Shown here one piece after another: positions 11,581 to 24,475 of a DNA stretch of 64,000 nucleotides. The notes beneath the pieces were generated by a model. The model was not told the origin of the DNA. It saw only the letters and a program-made list of their open reading frames with translations, and did no database searches. Source of the stretch: Tubulanus polymorphus. Taxonomy: Eukaryota; Animalia; Nemertea. The stretch covers positions 19,316,150 through 19,380,149 of the forward strand of contig NC_134026.1 of assembly GCF_964204645.1 (NCBI RefSeq), in the 5' to 3' direction. The translations under genes and the position numbers were made by a program. Each line of letters begins with the position of its first letter. Position 1 is the first letter of the stretch.

Positions 11581-11625
11581 TATTCCTGAAGATGACTATT
11601 AGGATATAGTCGAAACGTTGAATAA
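11580..11625 (+). ncRNA. Minimal type I hammerhead ribozyme (inverted 5' pLTR copy)
   Basis: Identical motif TTATTCCTGAAGATGACTATTAGGATATAGTCGAAACGTTGAATAA on the + strand. Confidence 0.85.
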
Positions 11626-11908
11626 ACTACTATCTCAAAGTTTCATTTTCGGACTTTTTATTATCATTGTGGGATTCTCTCCTGATCTTCATGATGTACA
11701 CATTTATGAGGAATATATCAATTGTAATTGAATTGAAAATTGAATTGATTTGGTCCATGATTGTTGTTACCACATGCTACATTTTTCGAGCGGCCATTGT
11801 GAGGAAATTTTTTTCATACGCGCATTCTATGTACTTATTCTTTTCTCTTTCCTTCGATATATGAGCTCAATTTTTCAAACTCGGTAGACTCGGCTAAATA
11901 ACGAAATC

Positions 11909-14900
11909 ATGTTTTCGATGATGGACACGTTGAAAGCGCTGAACAACCAACAGAACGGCGTCAAAAATGAGGTAAAAAAATTTTATTGTCATACTAACTA
12001 ATTATCGAAAACGAGCGATCAAATTGATCGATGTTAGAGATGTACTGTCCTGTATTGGTGTTAATATTTTAAGTAATCTTGTATCGATGCTTATATTTTG
12101 TTACATGTATCTCTATCATTTGTTATTCTGGGATGATGATTTTCCGACCTTTTATTAGATTCATATTGATCACGAGTCTGAAATCAATAATGCAGAACCG
12201 TAGACAAAAATTGGGGGGAGGGCTGTGTTGTGAAGCATTCCGTGAATTTTTCTTTTAATACCGGTACAGCAATTTAGTCTGATCTGTAAAAGCATTCAAA
12301 ATTTAGGTAATTTTTTTGATTTTGTTAGTCAATCATTGCGAAAGAACAATGCAGCGAGTTGAATGTGTTCAGCGAGTCAGTTATCCTGGAAATTCGAACC
12401 TGATGGCATTGATATTAATATGGAATGAAACTCTGCCACACTAGACTGAGTGCGCAGTCTAGATGATGTCATTTTTGCCAATCAGATATCCCATTTTATT
12501 TTAGCCTGAGTTTTCCCATTTACAGTTCTTCCGTGAAATTTACCTCAGTGATTATACAACGGGCAATCTGGTTATTGCCGCAAATAAATGAAGCTAGTGT
12601 GAAGCTGTCTTAGTGGCCATTTCTCATCTGACGTCGAGAGACTTCATAATTTTATGGGGGAGGGCCTACGGCATGAGGCACCTACCTATAACAATTCTGA
12701 CCTTTTCAAACTTACCTGTTTTCATCCCTGGTAATTATTTGGAGCAATATAGAGTTCAAGATGTAATGGCTGTAAGTCAAAACGAAGTGCTTACCCGTAC
12801 GTTACGTACGCGCATGCGTGAAAGAATAGGGTTAGGGTTAGGTAAGGCTATGTATAAATGAACTTTCATCAACCCTGCAGTTGTGTTCTGTGGCTCAGTG
12901 GGTAAGGCACTGGTCTACAGTGGGATAGATACATTTGTATTTTTCTTTTGGTTTCGAATCAATATTGAAAGTCAAATTTCTATTGTATTGCGCATGCGCT
13001 AATAACCTACTCACTTACAGATAGCCTGTGAAGATCACCGTACGGGTAGCCGCAGCCAATTAAAAAAGTTACGTCTGTCACAAAACCAATGAGATAAAAT
13101 TTTGCATCATTGTTAAAGAAAAAAACTTGGCTTTGCGGACATGCCATATATTCAAATTCATTTCAAGTTAGAGTCGTCATGAAATTTCATAGTTTGTCCT
13201 GCTGTCTTGGGAAGTATCAAAGTGTCACAGATTTTTAAACAATTAACTTGGTCGCAGTTTTTATCGACAAAAATTTTGCTATTTTTGCTAGCAGTGAGGA
13301 ATAAATAATCAACATAAGTAGTGATCACCGCTGTGCTGACAGTTGGTTATTAACTTTGTTCACATTGAGTTAAATTTCCTGAATGTTCTCTAAATATAAC
13401 GTAACTTTTGTTCATGATAAAGCTCGTTTGCGGGGGCCTTTTCATGAGCATTTTGTCGTTCGCCAAATATCTATCATGTTTGACATTTTTTGACGCTGCG
13501 CCAACTGCGCTCTCATGTGCGGGCAACTCGGCGCTATTTCCATTTCATTCGTCATCAATGCGCATGCGTCATTACTCAAAAATTGAGGATAGCGGATTGT
13601 ATATTGAATTCAGATTAGAAAAACACTGATTTATGACATGAATATCACTTTCTGTTGATATGGGATTTCTTTAAAAAATCTAAATCATAATTTTCCCCAG
13701 GCAAGGCTTTTAATCCCGGTGTAGATATAATGAGAACAGAAAAATTTCTTTATATTCAAATAGATTTGACAAATGCTACAGATATGCAGGAAATTTGGTT
13801 GTATAATGCATACGTGCTTGCCACAGCTCCCTTTGCCGAGCGCAGTTTTCGGCTCGTGTTCGAGGCCCTATATTCTGCGCTAAATGCATACGGAAAATTT
13901 GCTTGTGTGCGGGGGCCTTAATGGGTCATTGAATTATTGTCTCGCCTACGCCAAAATCTCATATATCGGGATCTGACTTAGCGGGCTTTTGTCCGGGTTT
14001 TTTGAAAATTCTTTTGAGAGTGATGAAATTATTTTTATTTTCTCTTTATAGCCAGGCAGCGATGATGACGACAACGACACGCAGGCGCACGCCGAGATTA
14101 AGCCGATGATCTCGACGATGATACCCGATATTCCACCGCCGCCGATTCCTCAGCTGCTGCAACCGGTGCCAACAATCGTACCACCTGTGGCGCCACAACC
14201 GGTCGCCGCGCCAGTACCGCCGCCTCCCGTCATAATGCCGCAATCCGTGCCGTCGGTCGTCGACTATCCGGCGCCGGAACCGTTGGCCAAAATGATGAAG
14301 ATCGAACCGCCGGTCAAGATCGAACAAGATGGTAGGTTATAATCTCCTGAAATTAGCGAACCCATCTTGAAGGATGAACAGTCCTCTGAATATAGATATT
14401 TGTTAGTTACAGCTGCTGAAGCGCTGGTTTTTCAGCGGACTGTGTCGATCCTAATCATTGGGTCTTATAAAGTTTGTTCTTTTTAACTTCGTCTCGGAAA
14501 AAAATTGTTTCGAATTTTGTAATTTTGAATTGCGGTCATAATGTTTGAAATTCTAAATCTATTCGAATGTACGGGGGCTCTTTTCGTCATTACTTGCGGT
14601 TAAGCTCGAAATATTGTTAATCAATTTGGACATTACGAATCGAAATGATATCGAGAAAGTACCCGGTTCAATTGTACGTAAGAACAGGCCCTTAAAGTTG
14701 TATGGGTGAGAATGTTTCGTATGCAGTCTGTTCCATAATCATCACCATCATTTATCTCTTCATTTTCTTCCTTTTCGAAATTTCGATCATCAATTGGAAA
14801 ACAGTTCAAACCATTCAGGTGGCCATTGCTGCATTTGTAGTTGTGGTCACCAAATTGCTTATCTTGGTAAAGAAAAATTCAAACGTACCTGCTGCTTGGA

Positions 14901-17900
14901 TTTTGTACCTATTACGGGGTGAAAATTGTCCAATCATTGCTCTTTTCTTACAATGGCATATTAGGTTTATTGAGGTGAAAAACTTTGTAGAAAAAACAGT
15001 TTTATAGCAAGTGAAATCTTCAGTTAACTTGGGGATAGATAAGTGCGCGGATTTAAAATCGATAACTGGTGCGCCAGGATCGAGGGGTTCCACACCGTGA
15101 ATATAGATGTTGTACATATATTTCATATGCATGATGAACTTGAAGAATATAACTAGGTATATTACGGATTTTTTTGTTTTTTTGTCCAACAATTTTTTAC
15201 GTATGATGTGTGCGGTTTTTTAACATGGGTTTCTCTTCTCTTTTTTATATGTCTTTCAGAGAAAACGCTGAAAAATGCGACTTAAAATCTCCTCCCATTA
15301 CCGTAATACTAGTGTTGGTCGTGGTCCGAAGACATCTGTGCCATCACCTGGGCAAACCGCTACAAATTTGGCTAGCGACTTGACACTTGTTTTTTTTTGT
15401 CTATTCATATTATTTTTTCCGACGTACCTGTGCGCATTTTTTACACATATGTACATGTTTTTGTTGTCTTTTGCAGGCAGGGGAACAACGCTTAGGCCTA
15501 TGTCATATCTCTTAGGAGCAAGGTTCACACGACTTGCTACTTGATTTCTTTCTTTTTTTCAATCTTGTGTCGTTGTTGTTCTCAAAAAATTATCCCACTC
15601 CTCTGAGTCTTCGTCAGAAACTGAAATTTTAATTCACTTGTATCCACGCTTCTGACTATATCCTCTCAAAAAAAAGACAAATGTGTCACACATATATATG
15701 CCATGTTTTTTTCTGGTGTCTTTTACAGAACGATGGTCGACCGTATATTTCCTGGTTGTTGATATTAACGTTCGTGGACTCCTCGGTCTGACTGACCGTG
15801 TTGAAAAAAGGGGATGTTTTGCGTAGAATTAATTGTCTTTTTTGTTTTGTTTTTTTCTCGAGAGTCGTCATTGATTGATGACATTAATCAAAATTGTCTC
15901 CATGTCTCTTCCCATGCTTTCGATATATTTGCAGATTTCTCCACCAAAGACTCGGTGTGGTTGGTGTTGAAGGATTTTTGGATTTATCCTGCCCTATATA
16001 AAAAATCTAGATTTTTTTACATGAATCAAATTTATTAAAATTGAAATTGATGTCATGTTTTATGACCTATAACTTCATTTCTGGCTTTTGACATTTAGTT
16101 TGAAGAACATATAGGCTATTTAACAGTGTTGGTTGCTCAAAGGTGGTTTGAAGTCAACTGGTGGATAACAGACTTTTAAAAAGGATAATATTTGATTAAA
16201 ACTATATTGTTACTGGGGTACTTTTCTGATGGTGAACTTAAATCAACTTTTTAGCAACTGGCCCAGTTGGATGACATGGATCTATCAAGTGGCTGGTTTT
16301 GTAGATGGGCAAAAGTACGACACCGTTATTCCTTGTCCTGCTACCAAAGTGTCATACCTAGGTATAAGCTATGTTCTGCCAGAATCTGGGTGACATTATC
16401 ATTTCCTTCGGTTTCAAAATACATTACCCTGCATTATTCTGATAACAAACTTTCATAATTTGTAAGGATTGGCCAGAGTTAAACTCAATTCATGCCAGTA
16501 TCAAGAGTGACAGGATTGTCGATGAAAATTAGAACGTATTTTGGTTTCAGGATTTTTATCAAAGGTTATGTTTTTGAAATATATGAGTGCTGCCTTAATA
16601 GGGGATTGCTATAGTTGACGGGTCATGCTTAGGAAATTGCCGGTTGTACATGTACTCAAAAATGTCGATCAAGAAAGAAATTGGGTAAAATTCGAAGATC
16701 TTGCGCGAAAGGATTAAGAAATGAACCATTGCCCGGCCTTGAGTTTTGCATTCGCGACACCATATGTAATGTTCTTGTTTTCTCTTCTTTCTCTGTATTT
16801 TGCATATTACCGAAAAAGCATGACGGGCAAAACCTGTATACTGGGTTAATCTACGTAGTGACGGAGGCACCACATAAGATTGGCAATGGCCTTCCAGTCA
16901 TTGCACAGAAACCATCGGTAATCCATTCTATAAAAAAAAAAAAATGCTGCGATTAGTGTTTCTCAACGACGTCTGTCATCCGCGTGGCGCATCAACGAAA
17001 AACGATTGAAGGAATTGTGATATACAAATATGTATATCGAACAGAATACGAAGTCCACTCTCTTGTTTTGTTATCATATTTATGTATTGATTGATAATTC
17101 AGTTCATGTTGCCCCTGGTCGACCTGGCTCTGTTTGCATATGCCGGTTACATTAAAATTGGCTTGAAATAAAGCGTAACTCGCATATCTTGGTGAATTCT
17201 ACGTTCAAAATATATCATACGACCTGAGACGCAAACCAATTTGAATACACCATTTCTTATGATATTTTTATTTGTACGCTGAATATGATTTCGATAGAGA
17301 ATTTACCGCAGACCTCCGTATTGTTTCCCTCAATTAATTCTCGATCGTTTGCTTTTTAGAAGTCGTCCCTGTGCCGGCGGTCCCGATGGCTCTGCAGGCC
17401 GAACAATGCGGCCCGCTGATCGAGGGACCCGGCGCGAAAAAGACGCCGAAAGCATTCCAGTTGCCGAAGTTATTGTCTTTGCAACAAGAGGCGGTGAATC
17501 GCGCCAAGAAGTACGCCATGGAACAGAGTATTAAGAGTGTCCTGGTGAAGCAGACCATAGCTCATCAACAGCAGGTTAGACACTTAGAAGCCTTTGGTTT
17601 TCAGTAATGTTACTATTTTACGATTAGATATACTGATTTGATTTGTTTGATACGTACAGAATTATAAAAGATGTTCTGAAGGGTCTTACTGTTGATTACT
17701 GATAAATTTGAACATCTTCTTTCACATTTCAATGAAGTGTTACTGAAAAAGATTAAATTTGTTACTGATTTCATATCTCAAAGGTTGGCAGCCTTGTAAT
17801 CAAGCACAGACATTTTTTCAATCGATGCTGTGATTTTTGAAGATGTTAACTCATCTTATGGCTGTTTATTTTGTTCCTTTTCAGCAAATGCAAAATTTCC

Positions 17901-20900
17901 AGAACACAGTACAGCGACAGCAGGCACTCGCGCTGATGTGTCGCATCTACGTCGGTAGCATAAATTTCGAAATAAAGGAGGATACGATCAAACAGGCTTT
18001 CATGCCATTCGGTCCGATTAAAAGTGTCAACTTGTCGTGGGATCCGGTCACTAATAAACACAAGGGCTTCGCATTTATTGAGTATGAATTACCAGAAGCT
18101 GCACATTTGGCTTTAGAGCAAATGAACGGAGTGATGATTGGAGGACGAAATATAAAGGTAAAATATAATCATGTAGTCAGTGCTTACTTAAAAATACCGG
18201 TATCAGGATCGACTACCTGAACTCCCATTTCCCCTTCGGGCATTTGACACTTGGATGCCATTCTTAAAATTTTTTAATCCTCCAGCCGAGGCTTTGCGTG
18301 GGCTTAAGAGTCCGACCAAAACTTATCGATTATAGAAACAAACATATCGAATATGAAGGAGAGGTGAGCCGGGCAAGTTGGTAGGTGATACCTGAGCATT
18401 GAATACAGTAGCTTAGATGTCAGTCTCCCCAGGGAGAGATGACTGTAAGAGATATCAGCTTGGGGTATTACTACCAACTGTTGGAAAGAATCTGTAAAGT
18501 GCTTTGAGCAGAGTATCTGGATAAAGTACATCATAACACTCATTATGATTATTATTACATTAATTATAATGTCGCCCAACTATACTAGTGGATGTTATGA
18601 AGTGCGGGGTCGTTAGAGGCTGCAGATTCATACCAGCATGCCCTGTATACATTTATACCCAATAATCGAATAGCAAATAGTATTTCTGTAATATTTCTGT
18701 AATTTCAGGTCGGCCGACCGAGTAATATGCCTCAAGCGCAACCAATCATCGAAGAACTCGCGCACGAAGCAAAGTCCTACAATCGAATATACATCGCATC
18801 AATTCATAATGATCTGACTGAAAATGACATAAAAAGGTAACATACACTTTCTTCGGATTTTCATCATTACGGATATGATTGATATTAATTAATTCAGATT
18901 TTTCGTTCAACTAGATGGATTTTTTGGTTGATTGATTTCGATTTCACGTTATTCCATTTTGACAACGGTCGGCATTAATTTAGTGTTGAAAGTCATTCAA
19001 GCCAAATAAGATAGTGGAATTGCTTCTATGGATAATTAAGCAACAAACATCATCCAACAAATTACAAATGCATAATTTACTCAATATTTTTCTGACTCAA
19101 AAAAATGCCCAATAATTTACTGCTTTGCTATACTTCGACCATTTTACTTTCTGATCTGGCACCGGGTCAAATGATATTTCTAAGATCTTATGAAGTATTT
19201 GACTGCTGCACCGTCTATTTATATCAATGAGGAAATCAAAATGGTGTAATGCAGTTTATTTTGTTCCTCACAAGCGCGGCAACAAGCTTAATAGTGGGTT
19301 TAATCGATCAAATACCATAATGTCTTTATGGTTTAAAATTTTCAGCGTGTTCCAAGCTTTCGGTACAATACTGAGCTGTCATTTGGCACCGGACACGACA
19401 AAGCCATCTAAACACAAGTAAGATCATAGCGATTTACTCTTCTAATCTGCTCACAACTGGGGATATGGGCTTTCCTTATATTTGATGTATCTTTCGTGTT
19501 GAATTACAGAGGTTATGGTTTCATCGAATACGGTTCATCGCAGTCAGCCCAGGATGCAGTCTCTTCGATGAATCTGTTCGATCTTGGGGGACAATTCCTT
19601 CGAGTTGGAAAGGTAGGTTGTACATGTATAAGGAAAGAACAGCAATATATTTCAATGTTCAGAATATGCCAGTTCCTGAACTTATAAGCTGAGTTTTTAT
19701 CGAGGCAAACTCGGCATAATGCCACGTTTTCTTGGTCGGTGAGAATACAATATCTGAAATGCTGCAATCACTTTGAATTTGCTTGAAATCTGGAAACGGA
19801 AAAGAGCACTCCTCATACTTTGTGGAATTTGTGAATTAACTTTGTACCTACCCGGTATGAATATTTCCAAATCACAATGAAATGAAAAATTGTGACTCAT
19901 GACATCTCTGATTATGATGAGTCTCAGTGAAGATCATTTCTTTTTGTAAACGTTCACCAAAGGCATTGAATAGTAGAATAGAATTGTATTTCACTATACA
20001 GTAAACTCTGCCTTAGTCAGATCCACATGCTCTACTCGGTGCAGTATAAAAAAGATTTAAGTTTCCAGATGAAGTAATGCTTTCGTGGTTTCAAACAACC
20101 AAAAACTGAGGTCACTTATTCAAATAGTACACATTTGATGATTTATTTTTACAGTGAATAAACCTTATATTAGCAACCATAGTCCTTTATAAATGAGTTC
20201 CAAAATATTAAAAAAATTGGTCTTCCAAGTCGGATTCCCCCTATGTCAGACGAAATTATCGGGTACAAATTGATCCGACTTAGGCGGAGTTTACTGTATA
20301 TTAGTACGTATGCATATTTTGTAACCACGATCGATTGCAAAAATGTAGCTCATGACATATTTACAAATATGTTGAGTTTCTTAGGTTCTGTATATGTTCT
20401 CCTGTTGACTCTTGTGCATATACCGTATTGTTAAAAATGAAAATCAAATTCTATGTTTGTGGTGACCCATATAGTTTCAAATCATTCGGGCAATTACCAG
20501 TTTTACTCGGAACATTTAAAATTGAACTCATATTTTCAGTGTATTACTCCACCGAATGCCGGACAAGCTCCGTCTGGTCCGGGAAGTATGCCAACTGCTG
20601 CTGCCGTCGCTGCGGCCGCTGTTACAGCTAAAATCACTGCAATGGATCTTACTAATGTAAGTACACGAAGAGACGATATTAGTAACGCACTCACAGCCAA
20701 TTCGATACTGAGCTGCCCCCAGTTACGACTTTGGGGTATCTTATCGTTGGCAATTACATCAATTGGAAAGACAAAATGTGAAGAGAACGTCGTTGGCGTT
20801 CATACGTATTCCAATCGCATGCATGATGCATTTCTGAAAAAATTTGGCCGGATTTTATCTAACTTGAGTGTTGCTGATAAAAATTCCATAAAAACCCCAC

Positions 20901-23900
20901 CAGGATGTGTCATGTGTGTGAGGAGCCTGTCATAAGATGCTAAACCCAGAAAATGGTCCTTAATATTTTAAGTGAAGGTCTTCGGCAAGTTCTTAACCTT
21001 TTCGTTACGAAATAATGACCTCACACACCATGCATGACGTATTATTACGTTGCAAATATATGAGTCATTTCGCCACTGGTAAGCAGCTGTGTACTTACCA
21101 GTGGTGTAATGACTCGTATATAATGAGTAATAACCGTCCTCTTCAATTTAGTTCCAATTTTTACTCATAGATGGAGGGATAGGGCCTAGTACCTCTAATA
21201 GCTAATTGATTTGATTTAATGATGCCATTGAGTTCGAATCCTGGTGAGGGGTGTAAAATTATCTGCGGTAGTGAAGAGGGTAAAAACTCCTTTAATTTCA
21301 TCTGAATGGAAGTGTAAAATTCTGTTAAGAAGATAATTGGTATGATTTAATCATTGAGGGAAGAATCAAATATGGTTCTTTCAAATAAACCATTCATACC
21401 AACTCAAATCAAACGTTACTCCCATAGCCTAACCATTACTATTAATTCGAAATGTCCATCTTAAATATATTAAGACCTGTTATATTGATACTGATTTGAA
21501 ATTACTTTTCATAGATTCCGGGACCACCTGGCGTAGCTATTCCATCGCTATCAAGCTCGGCGTCGAACTCTCCGGTGTTGCCTCCGCCGGGCGTAGCCGT
21601 GCCAACCGCCATTGGTTTACCTCCAGCTGTCGTCGCCCCAGTAAGTCTCATCGCGCCAACCAGTCTCAGCGCAGCTCCAACGATACCGAACATCACCAGT
21701 ATCAGCGCTCCTGGCATCGTCGTGCCCCAGCTCAGCGGAACACCCACAGCTGTTTCGCCTGTCAATAATCCAGTCAGAGGTAAGCGATTATTTCACTTAC
21801 ACAAAATTCATCAAAGGGTAAAAACCGGCGTAAAAGTCTACGCGGCGTATAAGTCGAGGTCGATTACCGGTCAAGTCCTACATTTCATGATTTTAACATA
21901 TATCCGGCTTATAAGTCGAGTCCCTTCTCTTAGAAGAATAATTACTTGTATCATTATATTGAATAGTTTGTTTTGAGAAGTCAACAATATAACAGTATAA
22001 GTCAAGGTCAATAATTTAGTGGTAAAATCAAGGATTAAAACCTTCGACTTATACGCCGGTTTTTATGGTAATTTATTTCAAGCATAAGGAATGAATGACT
22101 CTAGAGTACGTAACGGGACGAGTGGTACTGTATAGGTTAACTATTTATTTGACGCACGAGCTTTGACTCTAGAGTACGTACATGAAAATACCCTATATTA
22201 CTTTCATTTCAATTTATTGTAGATGCTAAAGCTGGGCAACAGTTGTCGGATGCTCAGAAGAAGTTAGTTGAAGAAGATGTGCCACAAACTCTCGATCAAC
22301 AAGAAAACATGAAAATTAGTGGCAGCAACGCCAGGCACATGGTCATGCAAAAACTGATGAGACAGTCAGAGGTAGGTCCTTTGAATATTGAAGCAGTAAC
22401 GTTGTTGTTGGACATCGCCACGATCTTGACTGTTGTCATAACTGTATTTCCATTCTCGATTGTCATTACAAGATACCTTGCATACACGGTATTCGATGAC
22501 ATATTATATGGGTTTTAGAAAGGCATCCATCTTTAAAAGAAAGCAGTGTTCTCCACTACAGATTTTAGAGGGGCGGCCATCCATAGTTTTTACTCTGCTG
22601 GAGACTTATCATAGATAATACCAAAAGATAAATGGGGGAATTATAGACTTCAAGGGTCAATCAGTTGAATCTCCTATTTTGCCACCAATATGGTGTAGTC
22701 ATGTGGGACCTCTACCGCAGTGCAAGTGAGACTGTGGTGCAATTAAATGGTTAACAGAATTATTTGATGAACAATGGGTGGGAAGTTGTTGCGTACAATC
22801 AATCTGATGATTGAAAAATGCTTTTTCCCCCACAGCATCGGGTGATGGTTTTGCGAAATATGGTCGGTGTAGAAGATTTAGACGACGAATTGGAAACTGA
22901 AGTAACAGAAGAATGCGGCAAATTCGGACACGTAGACCGCGTGATCATTTATCAAGAACGACAAGGAGAAGAGGAAGATGCTGACGTGATTGTGAAAATA
23001 TTCGTTGAATTCGGCGATGAAAAAGGTAGGAATTTTATCGATGTTGATTATAGGTTCGTGGTCCAAATCTCTGCAGTTGAATAAGGAAAAACCTGATAGA
23101 ATATCCATGTGGATGTACAATTGAACTGAAGAGTCCCACTAATGAAATTTACGAGAATATTGGATTGAACTTAATGCAGTAGAAATTTTGCTTTCCTCTG
23201 ATCTCGCAGGAGCAAGAAATTTCGTTAGGAGGCAAATGAATTGTGAGGCGCGATAAACGTCCAATAATTTCCGGCAAAGAAGCCTTCTTCGCCCATTAAA
23301 AATCGACTAATTCGTACCACACAACATAACACGAGCGCGCCAACCAAGCTTGGTCGTTTCCCTGTAACGTCAATTTTATTTTTCATGAAAAAACCAAAGT
23401 TCACGTGTCGAACAAGGTGGTCAGATCATCATCACATGAATAGGCTACTGGCACCGCTACTTTGGCAATGAAAGATTCCACGTAGGGATCATTCATTTAT
23501 TAAGTACGCATGAAATTTGAATTTTTTAACCCTCCTCCCCCTCTGTACGCAAAATTGGCCATTTTACCTATACGTTTAGCATTACAGTACGCCATTGCAC
23601 TGACCCTTACCCCCTCCCCTAATGCATACATAATAAATGAATGACCCCGTATGGCAGGCCAGGATCTGCAAGGTTCGCTAGTGGTTGTTCGGTTACTGTG
23701 CATTTCTTCTACCTTTCAATTAAATTCGAGTCAGCTTTTCTCTTTAATGAATCAATTTCTAATAAAGCTATCCATACGCTTATTGGGACATCAATGTTAT
23801 ACCTATTCGATGACTTATTTGACAACATTTCCATTTGGGAGCCTAAAAATCTCGTTCAAAATGAACTAATTTTCACTGTGTAAGCGAGTATATTGTAGCG

Positions 23901-24475
23901 CCATCTGGTTTGTGCTGATTCCCCATTGGAGTAAGAAAGCAATTGGCTCATAGGGAGCGAAGTCAGCTGTATTTAATAAAGAATGAGCCATGATTTGGCT
24001 TACTTATTATGGATCGGGTAGCTAAAATTTTAAACGGAAGTTATTTGAAATGAAAAAAATTTCGATCTGGGTATACTATAGGGGCGTACTCTTTTATGAC
24101 CTCCGAAGTCTCCGTCCGAAATCTCCGGCTGGCTCCACACAAAATCCGAATCAACAGAAAGGAGGTTTCGGAGACTCCAAAAAGTCACGTGACCAATAAA
24201 AGAGTACGATTGGAGGCAAACGGATTCTCCGATCTGATAAAAGAGTTCGCCCCAGCAAGCTATGTGGTGGGTGTGGTGCACATTTCCGAGCGTTTGAGAA
24301 GACTTCGAAGTCGGCACCGTGTCCTGTACGCTGTTGTACAGTTCTTGCTTCTTATTTAATTTCAGCTCTGAATTCGGCGATAAAAGCGTTAAACGGACGA
24401 TTCTTCGGCGGACGCGTCGTTCGAGCGCAGGCGTATGATCAAGATATGTTCGCCGCGAACGATTTATCGGGATGA
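11909..24475 (+). CDS. PUF60: Poly(U)-binding splicing factor PUF60 / half pint, 12 coding exons
   Basis: Exons 11909-11971, 14052-14331, 17360-17574, 17885-18157, 18709-18836, 19346-19417, 19510-19612, 20540-20656, 21515-21779, 22223-22371, 22836-23025, 24366-24475, all phase-consistent. Motifs [27 protein letters not shown]1 [21 protein letters not shown]2 [42 protein letters not shown]. The first two exons are less certain. Confidence 0.95.
12385..12582. mobile_element. Fragment of the MITE family seen complete at 61654-62140
   Basis: CTGCCACACTAGAC...CCGTGAAATTTACCTCAG...GCCGC matches the reverse complement of 61920-62130. Confidence 0.65.
12768..13057. mobile_element. MITE-like element with TTAGGG repeats and a tRNA A-box-like motif
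   Basis: Imperfect termini GGCTG..TACCCGTACG / CGTACGGGTAGCCGCAGCC; AGGGTTAGGGTTAGG at ~12828; TGGCTCAGTGG at ~12891. Confidence 0.5.
19999..20296. mobile_element. Tc1/pogo (Tigger-like) MITE
   Basis: TA-CAGTAAACTCTGCCTTAGTC ... GACTTAGGCGGAGTTTACTG-TA. Confidence 0.8.
21816..22068. mobile_element. Tc1/mariner-type MITE
   Basis: GTAAAAACCGGCGTAAAAGTC..TATAAGTCG ... CGACTTATACGCCGGTTTTTATGG-TA. Confidence 0.7.
23485..23648. mobile_element. PIF/Harbinger-like MITE
   Basis: 3-bp TSD GTA; TIRs GGGATCATTCATTTATTA / TAATAAATGAATGACCCC. Confidence 0.75.

Larger units (their letters stand above)
10461..11683 (-). mobile_element. Penelope-like retroelement (5'-truncated, inverted pLTR structure)
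   Basis: Perfect 145-bp inverted repeat (10499-10643 / 11539-11683), a 38-nt tail beyond the 3' pLTR, a flanking direct repeat GATCTTCATGAT (10449-10460 / 11684-11695), a GIY-YIG ORF, and hammerhead motifs in both pLTRs. Confidence 0.92.

Noticed and set aside
12885-12962. tRNA gene
   Set aside because: A/B-box-like motifs only; no cloverleaf.
22350-22830. Other CTGATGA motifs as possible hammerheads or C boxes
   Set aside because: No stem II-GAAA arrangement or D-box/terminal stem; one lies within a coding exon.
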